DNA from: Eledone cirrhosa
Lineage: Eukaryota
Assembly: GCA_964016885.1 (NCBI GenBank)
Contig: OZ024743.1
Location: forward strand, 34,844,001 to 34,908,000
Length of the DNA: 64,000 nt
Direction: 5' to 3'
This document shows, in pieces, positions 52,301-62,543 of this stretch (its first letter is position 1; the number at the start of each line of letters is the position of its first letter). The translations under genes were made by a program, and so were the position numbers. The notes under the pieces are model-generated. The model saw only the letters and a program-made list of their open reading frames with translations. It did not search any database and was not told the origin of the DNA.

Positions 52301-55300
52301 TGCTGTTTTTAATCTAATGAATGCTGTTTTTAATCTAGTGAATGCTGTTTTTAATCTAGTGAATGCTGTTTTTAAATTAGTGAATGCTGTTTCTAATCTA
52401 GTGAATGCTGTTTTTAATGTAGTAAATGCTGTTTTTCTCAGTGAATATTGTTTTTACTTTAATGAATACAATGTTTAACCTCTACTTTATAGAATTGATC
52501 CCAATTAACTTTTCTTTAGATCACTCAATGTATTGATAATTGTTTCTACTTTAGGCACAAGGCCAGCAATTACCCAGTGTATTACTGGTACTTTATTTTA
52601 TCGACCCCATAAGGATGAAAGGCAAAGTTAACCTCGGCGGGATTTTAACTCAGACTGTAAAGGGACGTAACTATGCTAGAAAGCATGGCGTCCAACCCTC
52701 TACCGATACTGCCAATTCACCGCCTTTTGAAATTTATATGCAAGTGGTTGTACATAGCATGTAGTTCACAAAATTCAGCATGATTCAATGAATGACAAGG
52801 TTGGCCATTTGAATTACATGTTACAACTCATTTCTTCCAGCTGAGTGAACTTATTATACATAAATATATTCGATAATTAAAAAAACTACCAAAATTGAAG
52901 ATACAATATATTATAAAATATCTACCAACTATAAACTAAATCTTTGAGTACATGGAGATTATGAAAAGATTCAACAGAAACTCCTAGCTGCTTTACAACT
53001 TCCATTTTTTTCTTCTTTTTTTTCTGTTTTTTTTAATACTTATTTTGCCTCCCATTGACCTTCCCTATTTAATTTTTATTTTAACTTTAATTTTTATATT
53101 CACTTATCTCTATCTTGTTTTTTGGTTTCTCAACTGTAAGATGTACTAGATACTTCCCTTAGTCTGTCATGACTCACTAGCTCTATACAAACATTTAATT
53201 TGATTAAATAAATATTATATGAGTCCATATATGTTTTTACTCTGAATCCCGCTGTTAGTGCTAATGCTAATTAATTCTAGTCAACCAAGTTTGCATTATA
53301 TATAAATAAACTTTCAACCAAATCTATAAGACTTTACATGCCCCAGCATCGCCTCAGTCAGTCGGCTGGAACAGGTAAAGGAGTAAAAGAGATACCTTAG
53401 TATAACAGTATAATTATGAGAATGCTGACAATGAGTAATAACTCTGAAATACATGTATACACTGCTCTTACACCAACAGCAAGACTAAATGTATGTATAT
53501 TATAAAGAAACACATATTGTATATAGATGTCCTTTTTCAGAAGTACTCTGTGTTAGTGCTATCTATAATTTACTTCTGGATACACCAGTTTACCTAGCTC
53601 TGCAGGTATGTTATTTGTAATAGACTAGCACTGTATCAAAATGTTTTAACTATTTTCTCTTTTACTGCTTAGTCAGGGAATTAAACACTCCACATTTTAT
53701 TTTTATTTTTGGTATCTCCAAGATTGGTGAAATGAAGGGAGGATAAGGGATATTACACTCAAATAATGAATGCTTCCAACTGAGTGAACTCCACTAAAAG
53801 AAGCCAAGGACCTTGTAGCGGTTTTAAATAAGGTAAAGAATTAAGTCTTCCATCTAAGAATTCAGAAAGTAAAGAGCCAGAATAAACACCACAAGGTATC
53901 TTGTCTGACTTTCTAACAATTCCATTAATGTATCGCTCTGGACTGGTACTTTATTTCATCAATCCCGAAAGTATAAAAGATAAAACTGACCTCAGTGGGG
54001 TTTGAACTCTGAGGGCAGTAAGCTGCAACACATTTCACAAAGCATATTGTTCTAGCACTAACGACTGTCAACTCTTAAAAACTCAACACTTCACTTTTCC
54101 CTTCACCCTATAGGGTCATGGGAGTGCTACAAGGTGGAGCAGTGTACCACCTTCCTCCATACATATTTGTCATCTGTCAAGACTTTGATTGTCACAAAGT
54201 CTTTACCAGTTATTCCTTGATGTTATTCACCTATTTTTTCTTCTGAACTTTTTGCCTTCTTATCCCCTGAACTTCCTTGGAAGATGGTCTTGGCCAATCC
54301 ATCAAATTTTCTCATGTCATTGTACTATCACATTTTTTTCCTTTACAGTGATTAGTAGGTCTTCATAGTTGGCCACATGTTGCCTGATTGCCATGCAAAT
54401 GCTTTTGTTATTTATGTGTTCTGTGTAGCATCTCATTTCAAGTGTCAGCTTTTTCCTTTATAATTCTGCTGTGAGCTTCCATGTTTCACAGACATATAAA
54501 ATGACCAAGAGTACCTGACCATGCATGAGTTTCAGTTTAGTTTTATGACAGATGTTCTTGTCTTGCCATATTGATCTTAATCTTACTCATGCTCAAAACT
54601 CTAAGTTAAGCTGTATAATTTTTATAGATGTTTATGAAAACATTAATTATTACTGAGATATGTATTTAGTCCACATTAGCTATCTATTGCACTATAGCAA
54701 GGATTGGCATGCATTTAACTTTACTTAACATACTGCAACACACAGTACAATATATATCTTCAAGGAAAGTGAACAGTGTATGTGTCATGATATACACACA
54801 GATACATATGCATGCATGCATACAGAAGGGGAATATCAGGTGTAGTGTTGAGAATTTTGAGAAGCATGGAAGTCTTGAAGGAATCAGTGTCCTAACAAAA
54901 CAGGTGACATTTCTTTTTATATGTCCACAGAACTCTTGATACTTACTTGGACTATCATGGATATGGGTTATCAATGGTCTTTTAGGCTCTTCATATTTTG
55001 GTCGGGATTCTATAATTGTTTTTGCACGATCGCACAGTTCTGTCTGGAAACGTTGTTGTAGATCTATCATCTTTTGTGTAGCCATCAAACTGTTTGTTTG
55101 CTACAGAAACAAAAGATCAACAAATAGTTCTTTAGATGTAAATAGATTTAAAATGAGACTATGGGTACAGAGATTAACCTGGAGTAGCATAAACATCATA
55201 AATAGTAGCAAAACTCTTTCTTTCTCCCTCACTTCTCTGAAGGTTGTACATTTAACTCAATCTAAAGCACACTGTAACTTCTATGTTTATTTTAACAACC

Positions 55301-58300
55301 CTGAGACACTATTAGATCTTATACATAGTATAAACAGTTAAATCTCTCTCTGAAAACTTCTTACCATATTTAAAATGGAAATTACATATTTAAATCCTGA
55401 ATTTTAGGGCAACACAACCTATGATAATGATACAATATTAATCAAATGATTCTTTGATCAGCTGTTTCCATGGCATAAATCTGTTTAACCCTTTAGCATT
55501 TAAACCGACCATATCTGACTAGAATTCTCTCACCTTTTTCTGTTCAAACCGGCTGTAACCAGCTGCTCATACTGATGTTAAGGTATTGTTCTTAAAATAA
55601 ATATCAAAATCTAAAAGATTTGATATTATGTGAGATAACTGTGTGAGATAAAGTTTTTTCTGGAAAATATAATAGTAAATATAAAGTAATGTGAATGCTA
55701 AAGGGTTAAACAGAGCTAGCTTGGGCTACTCATAAACAACTTACCTACATTCTTAAACACAGAATTTTGTCATCTAACATAATTGTAGGTCAAATTGGCC
55801 AATGACTTTATAATCTAATCCCTTTCTCAGTTCCACACTCGGTCTGTACATCAAATTCTTAAAAATGATACAAAAGGAACACAGTTTCTCCAGACCCGAA
55901 AAAAATAGACAATTCTGTAAAGATTCAATCTTGTTTGCATAGAGTTAACTTTCCTATCTCCAAACTTCATGTAAATACAACTAGCTTTCAAATAAAACCC
56001 CTATCCCTCAAATAAAAACTTCTCTGCCTTCAATTGAAACAGAACTTCAGCAAGTAGTTAGTAAGGTACTTACTTTGTCACGGTAGAAGTACAAATCAGC
56101 TGGGGAACATCTTATCCAAGCAGGAGTATCACTTTTTTCAGTTTTTTCTTTTTTGTACTCCTTCCGCGGAGGTTCGGGAGATTCTGGTTTCTCGGGTCGT
56201 CTTGGTTTCTTCACCTCTCTAGGGATTTAACCCATGAAAAATATAGATTATTACCCTGTTTCAGCAGATAAGTAGATATGGTGATAGTAAAGTAAAACAG
56301 TTTTTAACTCTTCATTACCTAAAATAGTATGGGATCATCTGATAGTACAGTAGGGCATATTTGATGAGGGTGAGACTGAGTGAGCTTTATGTGTTTGGTT
56401 GCCATGGTGTAGTATATACTATATTGTTGTTACTGTTGTGGATTGTGATATTACTCAGCTGATGAGGGAAATTGTGAAAAACCTAATGCATGGTGGTAAG
56501 TGTAGCATATGTTATATACTGTTGTAGTGGTAGAGAGATATAATGGTACTGTTGTATAGAATGTTCTGAGGTACATGCTGAATATGGTATAGTGTAGTAT
56601 TTGTTATTGTTGTTGTTACAGCTCACACCTATGCAGGTTTAGCTGGCCTCCTCCAAGGTATATCTCGTGGGAGGTGTCTTGAGTGATTTAATGATAGGGA
56701 CCCCAGTCCTATCACCTCATTTCTACAGATGAGTAAACTGGAGCAACGTGAAATAAAGTGTCTTGCTCAAGGAAACAACACATCACCCGGTCCGAGAATT
56801 GAACTCACCTTTCGATTGCAAGCCCAATGCTCTAACCACTAAGGCATGCGTCTTCACATGTGTATAGTGTGGTATGGTAAAACATGGAAGGTAACTACAA
56901 AATAGATTACATGCAGTAGACTGTACAACATATAGTTATTACATGACCTGAATATTACAGCCTTCATAACATCACTGCATAAATCTTCCAATTCAAGATT
57001 AACACATGTTAAAGCTACAATTTTAAATAGATTTATTTATCCCTAAACAGTGCATTGTTAAGTAACTTTTATTACTTTCCTATTACATAGAATATGAATT
57101 GGTTGAAGTGTTAGCATGTCAGACAAAATACCCTGCAATATTTATTCTGATGCCTTGCATTGAGTTCAAATCTCACCAATGTCAACTTTGACTTTCATTC
57201 TTCTGGGTGTCAGTAAATAAAGTATCAGTCTAGGGTGGTGGACAAGCAGAATTGTTAAGTCATCAAACATGATGTATTGTGATATTTGTTTCAGCTCTTT
57301 AAGTTCTATGTTCAAAACTTGCTCTGGTTTACTTGGGTGATAGACTTAATCCATGACTCAGTTTAACACCACCATATGGCGCTTGAGTGCCTTTAACCTT
57401 TTAGCATTTAAACCAGTTGTATCCGACCAGAATTCTCTCACCTCTTTCTGTTCAAACTGGCCACTCATACTGAGGTTAAGGTATTGTTCTCAAAATAAAT
57501 ATCAAAATCTCATAGATTCGATATTTTGTGAGATAATTATGTGAGATAAAGCCTTTACTGTGAAAATACAATAGTGTATATATATATATATTGAGTAATG
57601 TAAATGCTAAAAGGTTAAAAGTCAACTCTGTTGCAAGGATGCAGATTAAATCTCCAGTTTGAGGATACCTGCCTCCCTTCTGTCATTAACATTGACTCTC
57701 CTGACTAAGCATTAAAAATAAATACTGAAATGACAAGACTTCAAATGATCTATGTTATTAAGTGTACAATATTTACACTATATTATGATATGATCACCAC
57801 GTTACACAATAATCTATATTATACAGAGATATGATATATTAAGCAACTGTATGGTGTTGTAAAATACAGTACAACAATGATATATTATATAATGATAGAA
57901 TATGCTTCATAACAACAGTAAAACATAGTATGATTTGTAACATCATTGTATATTACATAACATGATATAGTACAGTATGTTACACAGCACAGTTGTATCA
58001 TAATGTACACATTTCACAACATTTTTAGCATTATATGTTAAAAGACACATGGCTTAGTGGTTAGAGCATTGGGCTTGCAATCGAAAGGTTATGAGTTCAA
58101 TTCTCAGGCCGGGTGATGTGTTGTTTCCTTGAACAAGACATTTTATTTCAAATTGCTCCAGTTTACTCAGCTGTAGAAATGAGATGATAGGACTGGGGTC
58201 CCTATCATTCCACTGCAAAGTTGTCGTGGAGGTGCCACGGCAAAAAAGCACCCAGCCCACACTGTAAAGTGGACGTGTAGGCGCCATGGAAAAAAAGCAC

Positions 58301-61300
58301 TCAGCACTCACTGTAAATAAGGTTGGTGTTAGGAAGGGCATCCAGCTGTAGAAATCAAGCCAGAATCAGTTCCCGTATGAGCAAGACAAGGTAAGCCGAC
58401 CAGACACTGCCCACAACAGGAAAACCCATCTATCCCATGCTAGCGTGGAACAACGGACGTAAAACGGTGATGATGATGATGATGATGGTGATAACCCTTT
58501 CATTGCAATATTTCTAATGAAAAACAATACTGAGGATATTTTATTTTTTTTACTAATATACTATTCTCATTATTCATCTAGTGTTTGAAACATAACAAAA
58601 CAGGTTCTTATAGAAAATTACTATGCAGTGTTTTTATGGTTTGGTATGGGGTGGTCCTATAACTCCTGATAGAGTGATAGGGGCACCGTAATGACATACA
58701 ACATTTCTTGGAGCCCATCCCTCTCCAGGCCTGCGTACTGCAGATTTCTTCCAGAGAAAGATAGAAAGTGAGAGAGAGAGGAAATGAGAAAGAGATATAG
58801 AGGAAGAATCAACCCTAGTACTAGACTGGTACTTTTTTTATTGACCTCGAAAGGATGACAGGCAAAGTTTAGATAAATATAAATGCTTTAAAATAAACAG
58901 CTTTTTATCAAAGAACTAGGGGCAGTTTCCGACAGTTTAGTATCAAAAAGGGATAAACAGCAGTATTTATGGTGTAGCACATTATACAACAGTATTTATA
59001 AAACGGCATGACATGCTATGATATACTACACTGTGCTGTGTGTGCTACACAAAGTATGGTATATTACTCTATGATATAACTCAATTATGATATAATGACA
59101 CAAACAATAGAGTCTACCAACAACTTACCTAGTTTCTCGTGAATCACTCTCTTTACTCCAAGATCTTTTCTTACTACTGGAACTAGAAACTGAGCTGGAC
59201 CCAAGAGCAGGACTTCGGCGGTGATCTCTTCTCTCACCAGTTTTATCACCTTTTCTTGGTGATGGTGATCTTGATCTGTGTCTGCTGCAATACAAAAGTA
59301 TGTCTTGTTATTTAGCATTTCAGCTACAGGTTCATCAACAATAAGAATGGTAGAGTTAACAAAGCAAACCACTGGTTATTGTTGTTGTTTAGTTCCATAT
59401 CAAGCAGGTCTATAATCAAAGGCATTCCAGCCCTGAGCATCTCATCTTTCTGTATATTTAGGATAAGTGCTGTAGCTAGTTTGTGGAATATGTTGAAAAC
59501 ATCAGTAATATAATTGTTTCTATTTTAGGCGCAAGGCCAGCAATTACCCAGTGCATTACTGGTACTTTATTTTATCGACCCCGTAAGGATGAAAGGCAAA
59601 GTTAAACTCGGCGGGATTTGAACTCAGAATGGAAAGGGCCGTAACTCTATGCGTAAAAGCATGGCGTCCGACCCTCTACCGATACTGCCAATCCACCGCC
59701 CTAAATCAGTAATATAGCCAATGTGTATTTGTCTGTCACGCACTAGAGATGACTGAGGAAGTAAAGAGTGATGACAAACTACAGAAAGCAGCATCTAACA
59801 TTCACTACACCTGTCTGTGTGTATATGTGTAGCGAATTCACTACACACATTGGCTGTGTGTTTGTATCACTTGTGTGAGTGAGCGCGAAGGAACCAACCA
59901 ACAAACAAACATTTCTTTTTTATATTAAGTATAGATTTTACAATTAGCTGTCATTTTTGACAGCACGGGGCTAGCTAGTTGTATTATAGAAGACTATAAT
60001 GCAATGCGTGTTTTCTAGATGACCATGTCATCCTTTTGTTCCACATGGCGCTAATGATGCTGTTTTGCAAACTAACCAAATATTAACATTATTTAGGTAT
60101 CCACAATGTTAGAGCAATAACAAATTTTGTTCATAGAGAGTATATTTTGTTAGAAATTCACTAATGCAAAGGTTAAACAAACAAGTTTTCTTACCTTGGT
60201 CTACTCCAAGAACTGCTATGTTTTTCACTGTCTTTCCTTCTTGAATAATGTGGAGATTCTGAGCGCTGCTCATACAGCCGCTTTCTTTCCTTGCTCTTTG
60301 AATGGTGACTACTAATACTATTACTGGAGTTTGTAGAAGGACCATACATGCTCTTACTTGCCCCACTCGTGCTGTAGGATGACAATGTCGAGCCACCAGA
60401 CATTTTATTATCTCGATCACAGCGTACTGGGCACAGCAGGCTGCTACTGTTCTTGCAGTGCAGTGATGATGATGATGATGAAGAGTTTGATGAGAAGTGG
60501 GAGCTGCTCTCTCTGTCTCGATCCCTATCTCTGTCACGGTCCCTGTCTCTGTCGCGATCTCGGTCTCGCTCCCTGTTATCTCTCTCACGATTCAAGTCCC
60601 GTTGTTCTCGCTCTCCACGCTCTCTATCTCGATCTCGACCAGAACCACACCCACTTATGTATGAACTGCACATGTTGTTGCTGTTATGCATCCCATGCTG
60701 GTGGCTCTCGCATCCTTTCAATGAGATCACAGGGATTGCTTCACCAACACCACTTCCACCACAGTCTCCACTCTCAGTCAACAACGGTGGGCCATGGTAC
60801 ATGCTGCCCCCGTTGTTGTGAATATTGTTGCTGCTATTGTTGCTGTTCAGCCCTGACCCACTCCCTGGACCCATGCAGCTCCTTCCTAGAGGAGGAAGAG
60901 GTGGTGGGGGCTGCTGCTGCTTCTGACCTGTCAATGGAATATTGCCAGGGGATTTCCACTGTGGGAAATGGTTTGGTCTGGGAGCCATATTGTTGTGGAC
61001 AGGATATGTTGTGGTGGGATACGAGCCACCCCAAACATTGGGATAAGGTTGGCACAGTGGGGCTGTTACGGCTGCTGCCGCCGCTGCTGCTGCAGCTACA
61101 GGACCAATGAGAGATGTAGGTGGAGGAAGGGGAGGTAGAGGTGGTGGTGGCACAGACACACCCACAGTCACACAGCCTCCAGGATTGTTTGGTGGGAAAG
61201 GGGGCATCCCTAGAGAGCCCGGGAGTGGTGGTGGAGGAGGTGGAGGACCTCCAGAGGGCACATACCCACCAACCCCACTGCCAATATTCTGTGATGGGAG

Positions 61301-61486
61301 CGGCACTGGAGGTGGGGGCCCAACTGGTGGTGGAGGTGGAGGAGGGACAGAAACTCCCCCACTGCCACTCTGATGTGGAAGAGAAAGTGGGTGTTGAGGT
61401 GGAACAACTGGCGCAGCTTGTCGGTTGGGAACATTGATGAGCTGTGGTGGCGGAGAGCTGAGGTAGTTGACAGGATGTACGGCAAG
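3244..61486 (-). CDS. drosha: Drosha, ribonuclease 3 (Microprocessor catalytic subunit); spliced CDS span, 27 traced coding exons
   Basis: Hand-spliced exons are phase-consistent, 4392 nt. They give Drosha hallmark peptides: [32 protein letters not shown], RIIIDa [14 protein letters not shown] and ANCFEA, RIIIDb NQRLEFLGD and ADLLEA, ds[20 protein letters not shown]...[10 protein letters not shown]. The start codon is probably in an upstream exon. Confidence 0.98.
4144..4289 (-). CDS. drosha: drosha exon 26 (dsRBD)
   Basis: [48 protein letters not shown]. Confidence 0.97.
4352..4886 (+). mobile_element. Internally deleted RTE element: APE fragment joined to the ORF end and 3' UTR
   Basis: GDFNGHVG...[18 protein letters not shown] joined to [14 protein letters not shown]; 4506-4886 is near-identical to 50046-50422. 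Confidence 0.85.
5291..5397 (-). CDS. drosha: drosha exon 25 (dsRBD start)
   Basis: [35 protein letters not shown]. Confidence 0.97.
5550..5875. repeat. 33/39-bp minisatellite
   Basis: Unit ataactactatcactaccaccaccatcatcact. Confidence 0.92.
5942..6160 (+). mobile_element. SINE family A copy (others at about 9960-10165, 25650-25800, 43780-43990, 46580-46740, 52535-52725)
   Basis: Same A/B boxes and core as 59513-59704. Confidence 0.85.
6332..6782. mobile_element. Second TTAA-flanked MITE family, here interrupted by a SINE fragment (related copies at about 24270-24935, 25313-25508, 58491-58955)
   Basis: ttaacc(c)ttttga ... ggtaacaaaagagttaa ends; shared tgttcatacttatattaaa.ccttcta internal sequence. 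Confidence 0.6.
6891..6973 (-). CDS. drosha: drosha exon 24
   Basis: [28 protein letters not shown]. Confidence 0.96.
7429..7570 (-). CDS. drosha: drosha exon 23
   Basis: [21 protein letters not shown]...[10 protein letters not shown]. Confidence 0.96.
8455..8496 (-). ncRNA. Penelope-type minimal hammerhead core, stem I degraded
   Basis: Minus strand CTGATGA-a-agac(tagt)gtct-GAAA-cgtt with the AACGTT palindrome. Confidence 0.55.
10497..10602 (-). CDS. drosha: drosha exon 22 (RNase IIIb signature)
   Basis: [35 protein letters not shown]. Confidence 0.97.
11060..11650 (-). mobile_element. Possible Hero/NeSL-like (R2 superfamily) retrotransposon remnant
   Basis: [17 protein letters not shown]...[18 protein letters not shown]...SRHQREM resembles the pre-RT region of these elements (from memory, not searched). 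Confidence 0.45.
11800..12000 (-). mobile_element. RTE reverse transcriptase fragment
   Basis: [46 protein letters not shown]. Confidence 0.85.
12089..12192 (-). CDS. drosha: drosha exon 21
   Basis: [34 protein letters not shown]. Confidence 0.96.
12457..12548 (+). ncRNA. Minimal type I hammerhead ribozyme motif (Penelope-like) with long stem I
   Basis: ttgtc-CTGATGA-gagc(caga)gctt-GAAA-tgtgc-ATA-gacag; flanks gcagcagggaa/ttccttgctgc and ttcc..gcagaa/ttctgc..ggaa pair. Confidence 0.75.
13010..13179 (-). CDS. drosha: drosha exon 20
   Basis: [16 protein letters not shown]...[23 protein letters not shown]. Confidence 0.96.
13334..13396. repeat. (CAT)n microsatellite, the tail of an adjacent minus-strand SINE
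   Basis: About 20 perfect CAT units next to SINE 3' end sequence. Confidence 0.9.
14486..14588 (-). CDS. drosha: drosha exon 19
   Basis: [34 protein letters not shown]. Confidence 0.97.
14735..17678 (+). mobile_element. 5'-truncated copy of the same CR1-type LINE with internal RT deletion, 3' UTR and (ATT)n tail
   Basis: Near-identical to 1-2415 in the opposite orientation; APE and RT motifs, C-terminal ERDLG...TRGHAYKI...WNKLP; stops and frameshifts. Confidence 0.93.
17679..17801 (+). mobile_element. Second CR1 3' UTR fragment in tandem behind the LINE tail
   Basis: Repeats catgactc..actgttcattttcctga..gcacctg.gcactgtacacaat plus an ATT tail. Confidence 0.75.
18603..24250. repeat. 25-bp tandem satellite (with 18-bp sub-units), about 5.6 kb, in the intron between exons 18 and 19
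   Basis: Unit aggtagtagtggtaatggtggtagt, variant agatag; left end carries accatg variants. Confidence 0.98.
25027..25126 (-). CDS. drosha: drosha exon 18
   Basis: [33 protein letters not shown]; donor GTTGGT chosen for phase. Confidence 0.94.
25836..25956 (-). CDS. drosha: drosha exon 17 (RNase IIIa signature)
   Basis: [13 protein letters not shown]...[17 protein letters not shown]. Confidence 0.97.
25990..26381 (-). mobile_element. CR1 LINE 3' end fragment
   Basis: [15 protein letters not shown]...[13 protein letters not shown] plus 3' UTR matching 17270-17660. Confidence 0.85.
26847..26985 (-). CDS. drosha: drosha exon 16
   Basis: [46 protein letters not shown]. Confidence 0.96.
28084..28191 (-). 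CDS. drosha: drosha exon 15
   Basis: [36 protein letters not shown]. Confidence 0.95.
28415..28493 (-). CDS. drosha: drosha exon 14
   Basis: [26 protein letters not shown]. Confidence 0.95.
29042..29170 (-). CDS. drosha: drosha exon 13
   Basis: [42 protein letters not shown]; in-frame donor AG|GTCAGT. Confidence 0.93.
29620..41500. repeat. 42-bp tandem satellite, about 283 units, in the drosha intron between exons 12 and 13
   Basis: Unit tattgaaatgggttggatgggtatggaacacaattgtttcca, with essentially two recurrent SNP variants. Confidence 0.99.
41505..41715 (-). mobile_element. CR1 3' UTR fragment abutting the 42-bp satellite
   Basis: Matches the reverse complement of 17480-17660. Confidence 0.75.
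42024..42148 (-). CDS. drosha: drosha exon 12
   Basis: [41 protein letters not shown]. Confidence 0.96.
42590..43205 (+). mobile_element. Degenerate RTE endonuclease fragment
   Basis: [57 protein letters not shown] with stops. Confidence 0.85.
44033..44202 (-). CDS. drosha: drosha exon 11
   Basis: [17 protein letters not shown]...[10 protein letters not shown]. Confidence 0.95.
44270..44655 (+). mobile_element. Degenerate RTE 3' fragment
   Basis: Decayed homology to 49770-50100 (MLQWICD..., LREKLDI.GIK..VQERRL.WYG). Confidence 0.7.
45425..45572 (-). CDS. drosha: drosha exon 10
   Basis: [28 protein letters not shown]...[15 protein letters not shown]. Confidence 0.95.
46895..46966 (-). CDS. 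drosha: drosha exon 9
   Basis: [24 protein letters not shown]. Confidence 0.95.
48194..48280 (-). CDS. drosha: drosha exon 8
   Basis: [29 protein letters not shown]. Confidence 0.95.
48730..48816 (-). CDS. drosha: drosha exon 7
   Basis: [29 protein letters not shown]. Confidence 0.94.
48878..49235 (+). mobile_element. RTE-tail SINE fragment with an expanded internal sub-repeat (family also at about 3840-4075, 9340-9575, 12680-12955, 27415-27610, 45740-45970, 62660-62890)
   Basis: Repeated cccacactgtaaagtgg units, then aagggcatccagctgtagaaacc. Confidence 0.75.
49236..50422 (+). mobile_element. 5'-truncated RTE-clade LINE (RT C-terminus with PHD-like Cys cluster, 3' UTR, (GAT)n tail)
   Basis: [70 protein letters not shown]. 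Confidence 0.9.
50879..50959 (-). CDS. drosha: drosha exon 6
   Basis: [27 protein letters not shown] (Zn-ligand CxC..H motif). Confidence 0.96.
51066..51205 (-). CDS. drosha: drosha exon 5
   Basis: DSTDDSDD...[19 protein letters not shown]. Confidence 0.95.
51536..52437. repeat. 21-bp minisatellite, about 43 units
   Basis: Unit aatctagtgaatgctgttttt. Confidence 0.97.
54100..54590 (-). mobile_element. Degenerate RTE-like C-terminal fragment of a different family
   Basis: Minus strand gives [25 protein letters not shown], resembling RTE C-termini. Confidence 0.5.
54720..54900 (-). mobile_element. Degenerate CR1 3' end fragment
   Basis: aggaaagtgaacagtgtatg.gtcatgata...gaatatcaggtgtagtgttg matches the other copies. 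Confidence 0.65.
54947..55100 (-). CDS. drosha: drosha exon 4
   Basis: [27 protein letters not shown]...HIHDSP; GTAAGT donor, phase 1. Confidence 0.9.
55485..55709. mobile_element. TTAA-flanked piggyBac-like MITE (family copies at 24689-24880, 28602-28808, 43500-43719, 57393-57618)
   Basis: TTAA-ccctttagcatt ... aatgctaaaggg-TTAA terminal inverted repeats with a shared internal sequence. Confidence 0.82.
56074..56218 (-). CDS. drosha: drosha exon 3
   Basis: [10 protein letters not shown]...[17 protein letters not shown]; GTAAGT donor. Confidence 0.92.
56600..56858 (-). mobile_element. SINE with the same tRNA-like head and a different tail
   Basis: 56690-56855 is the reverse complement of 58045-58209 with few changes. 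Confidence 0.8.
58043..58490 (+). mobile_element. SINE with tRNA-like head and RTE-derived 3' tail
   Basis: A box TGGCTTAGTGG, B box GAGTTCAATTCTC; 58212-58490 matches the RTE 3' UTR at 50150-50422. Confidence 0.82.
59129..59284 (-). CDS. drosha: drosha exon 2 (RS-rich)
   Basis: [15 protein letters not shown]...SDSRET; ttgcag acceptor, GTAAG donor; phase 2 to 2. Confidence 0.88.
59513..59704 (-). mobile_element. tRNA-derived SINE (family A) with 12-bp target-site duplication
   Basis: A box TGGCAGTATCGG, B box GAGTTCAAATCC, core gcctttcatcct..ggggtcgataaa; TSD atcagtaatata at 59501-59512 and 59705-59716. Confidence 0.88.
59720..59979. mobile_element. Helitron-like terminal fragments
   Basis: Minus strand atctatacttaatataaaa..tgtttgtttg (5'-end-like); plus strand hairpin gctgtca/tgacagc followed by CTAGT (3'-end-like). 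Confidence 0.45.
60195..61486 (-). CDS. drosha: drosha exon 1 of traced set: Pro-rich and RS/RD-rich N-terminus
   Basis: Acceptor ttttactatttcag; open frame [15 protein letters not shown]...RDRDRD...SSSWSRP; donor AG|GTAAG, phase 2. Confidence 0.9.
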
Positions 61487-61534
61487 CTGAAATAGTAAAA
61501 ATAAGAAATAAGTTCTGAAGATATTGAGATGTTA

Positions 61535-62305
61535 CATAATAATTGTTTCTACTTTTGGCACAAGGCCTGCAATTACCCAGTACATTACTGGTACTTTATT
61601 GTATCGACCCCGTAAGGATGAAAGGCAAAGTTAACCTCGGTGGGATTTGAACTCAGATCATAAAGGGAAAGGGACGCAACTCTGTGCTTCAAAGCATGGC
61701 GTCCGACCCTCTACCGATACTGCCAATCCTAATAAAGATTTCTAGTATAGGCACCAGGTCAGTAATTTTAGGGGAGGGGAAAGTTAATTAAATCGACTCC
61801 AGTGTGTGACTGGTACTTTATTTTATCGACCCCGTAAAGATGAAAGGCAAAGTTAACCTCGGCAGGATTTGAATTCAGATAATAATAATAATTGTTTCTA
61901 ATTTAGACACAAGGCCACTAATTTGAAGAGGGAGAAATAAGGTTGCTTATATGGACATCATTGCTTGACTGATACTTTATCTTATCGAGTTTGGAAGGAT
62001 GGAAGGCAACGTTAACCCCAGTAGGATTTGAACTTAAAGTAAAAACATAGAACAAATACTAGAACAAAGTATTTGTCCAATGTTCTAACAACTCTATCAA
62101 TCCAATGTTCTGATAATAATTGTTTCTACTTTTGGCACAAGGCCAGCAATTACCCAGTGTATTACTGGTACTTTATTTTATCGACCCCCGTAAGGATGAA
62201 AGACAAAGTCAACCTCGGCGGGATTTGAACTCAGATCGTAACGGGACGTAACTATGCTGGAAAGCATGGCGGCCGACCCTCTACCGATACTGCCAATCCA
62301 CCCTG
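61535..62305 (-). mobile_element. Cluster of four tandem SINE family A copies or fragments
   Basis: Four repeats of aattgtttct..ggcacaaggcc..actggtactttat..cgaccccgtaaggatgaaaggcaaagttaacctcg. Confidence 0.85.
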
Positions 62306-62507
62306 ATAATAATGACTTCCCTTCTCCTACCATCTAAATTATCCCCACCCACCCTCTAATACTCACTGCCCACACATAAAGTGGGATATCTCAGTCCTGT
62401 ATATACCCATCAAACGAGTCCCCCTCTCACACACTCCACAATAAGTTTCTAGTCATTATTTTCCCCTTTTTCAAGGACACCTCCGTGGCCCAAACACTTA
62501 CTTTCAT

Positions 62508-62543
<36 letters not shown>

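Noticed and set aside
51546-52478. NAVFNLV heptad coiled-coil-like ORFs
   Set aside because: Translation of a 21-bp minisatellite with frameshifting indels.
59513-59704. tRNA genes suggested by A and B boxes in several places
   Set aside because: The boxes belong to multi-copy SINE heads with tails and TSDs; no complete cloverleaf is seen.
60358-61437. Plus-strand ORFs overlapping the large drosha exon
   Set aside because: Antisense shadows of low-complexity, GC-rich coding sequence.
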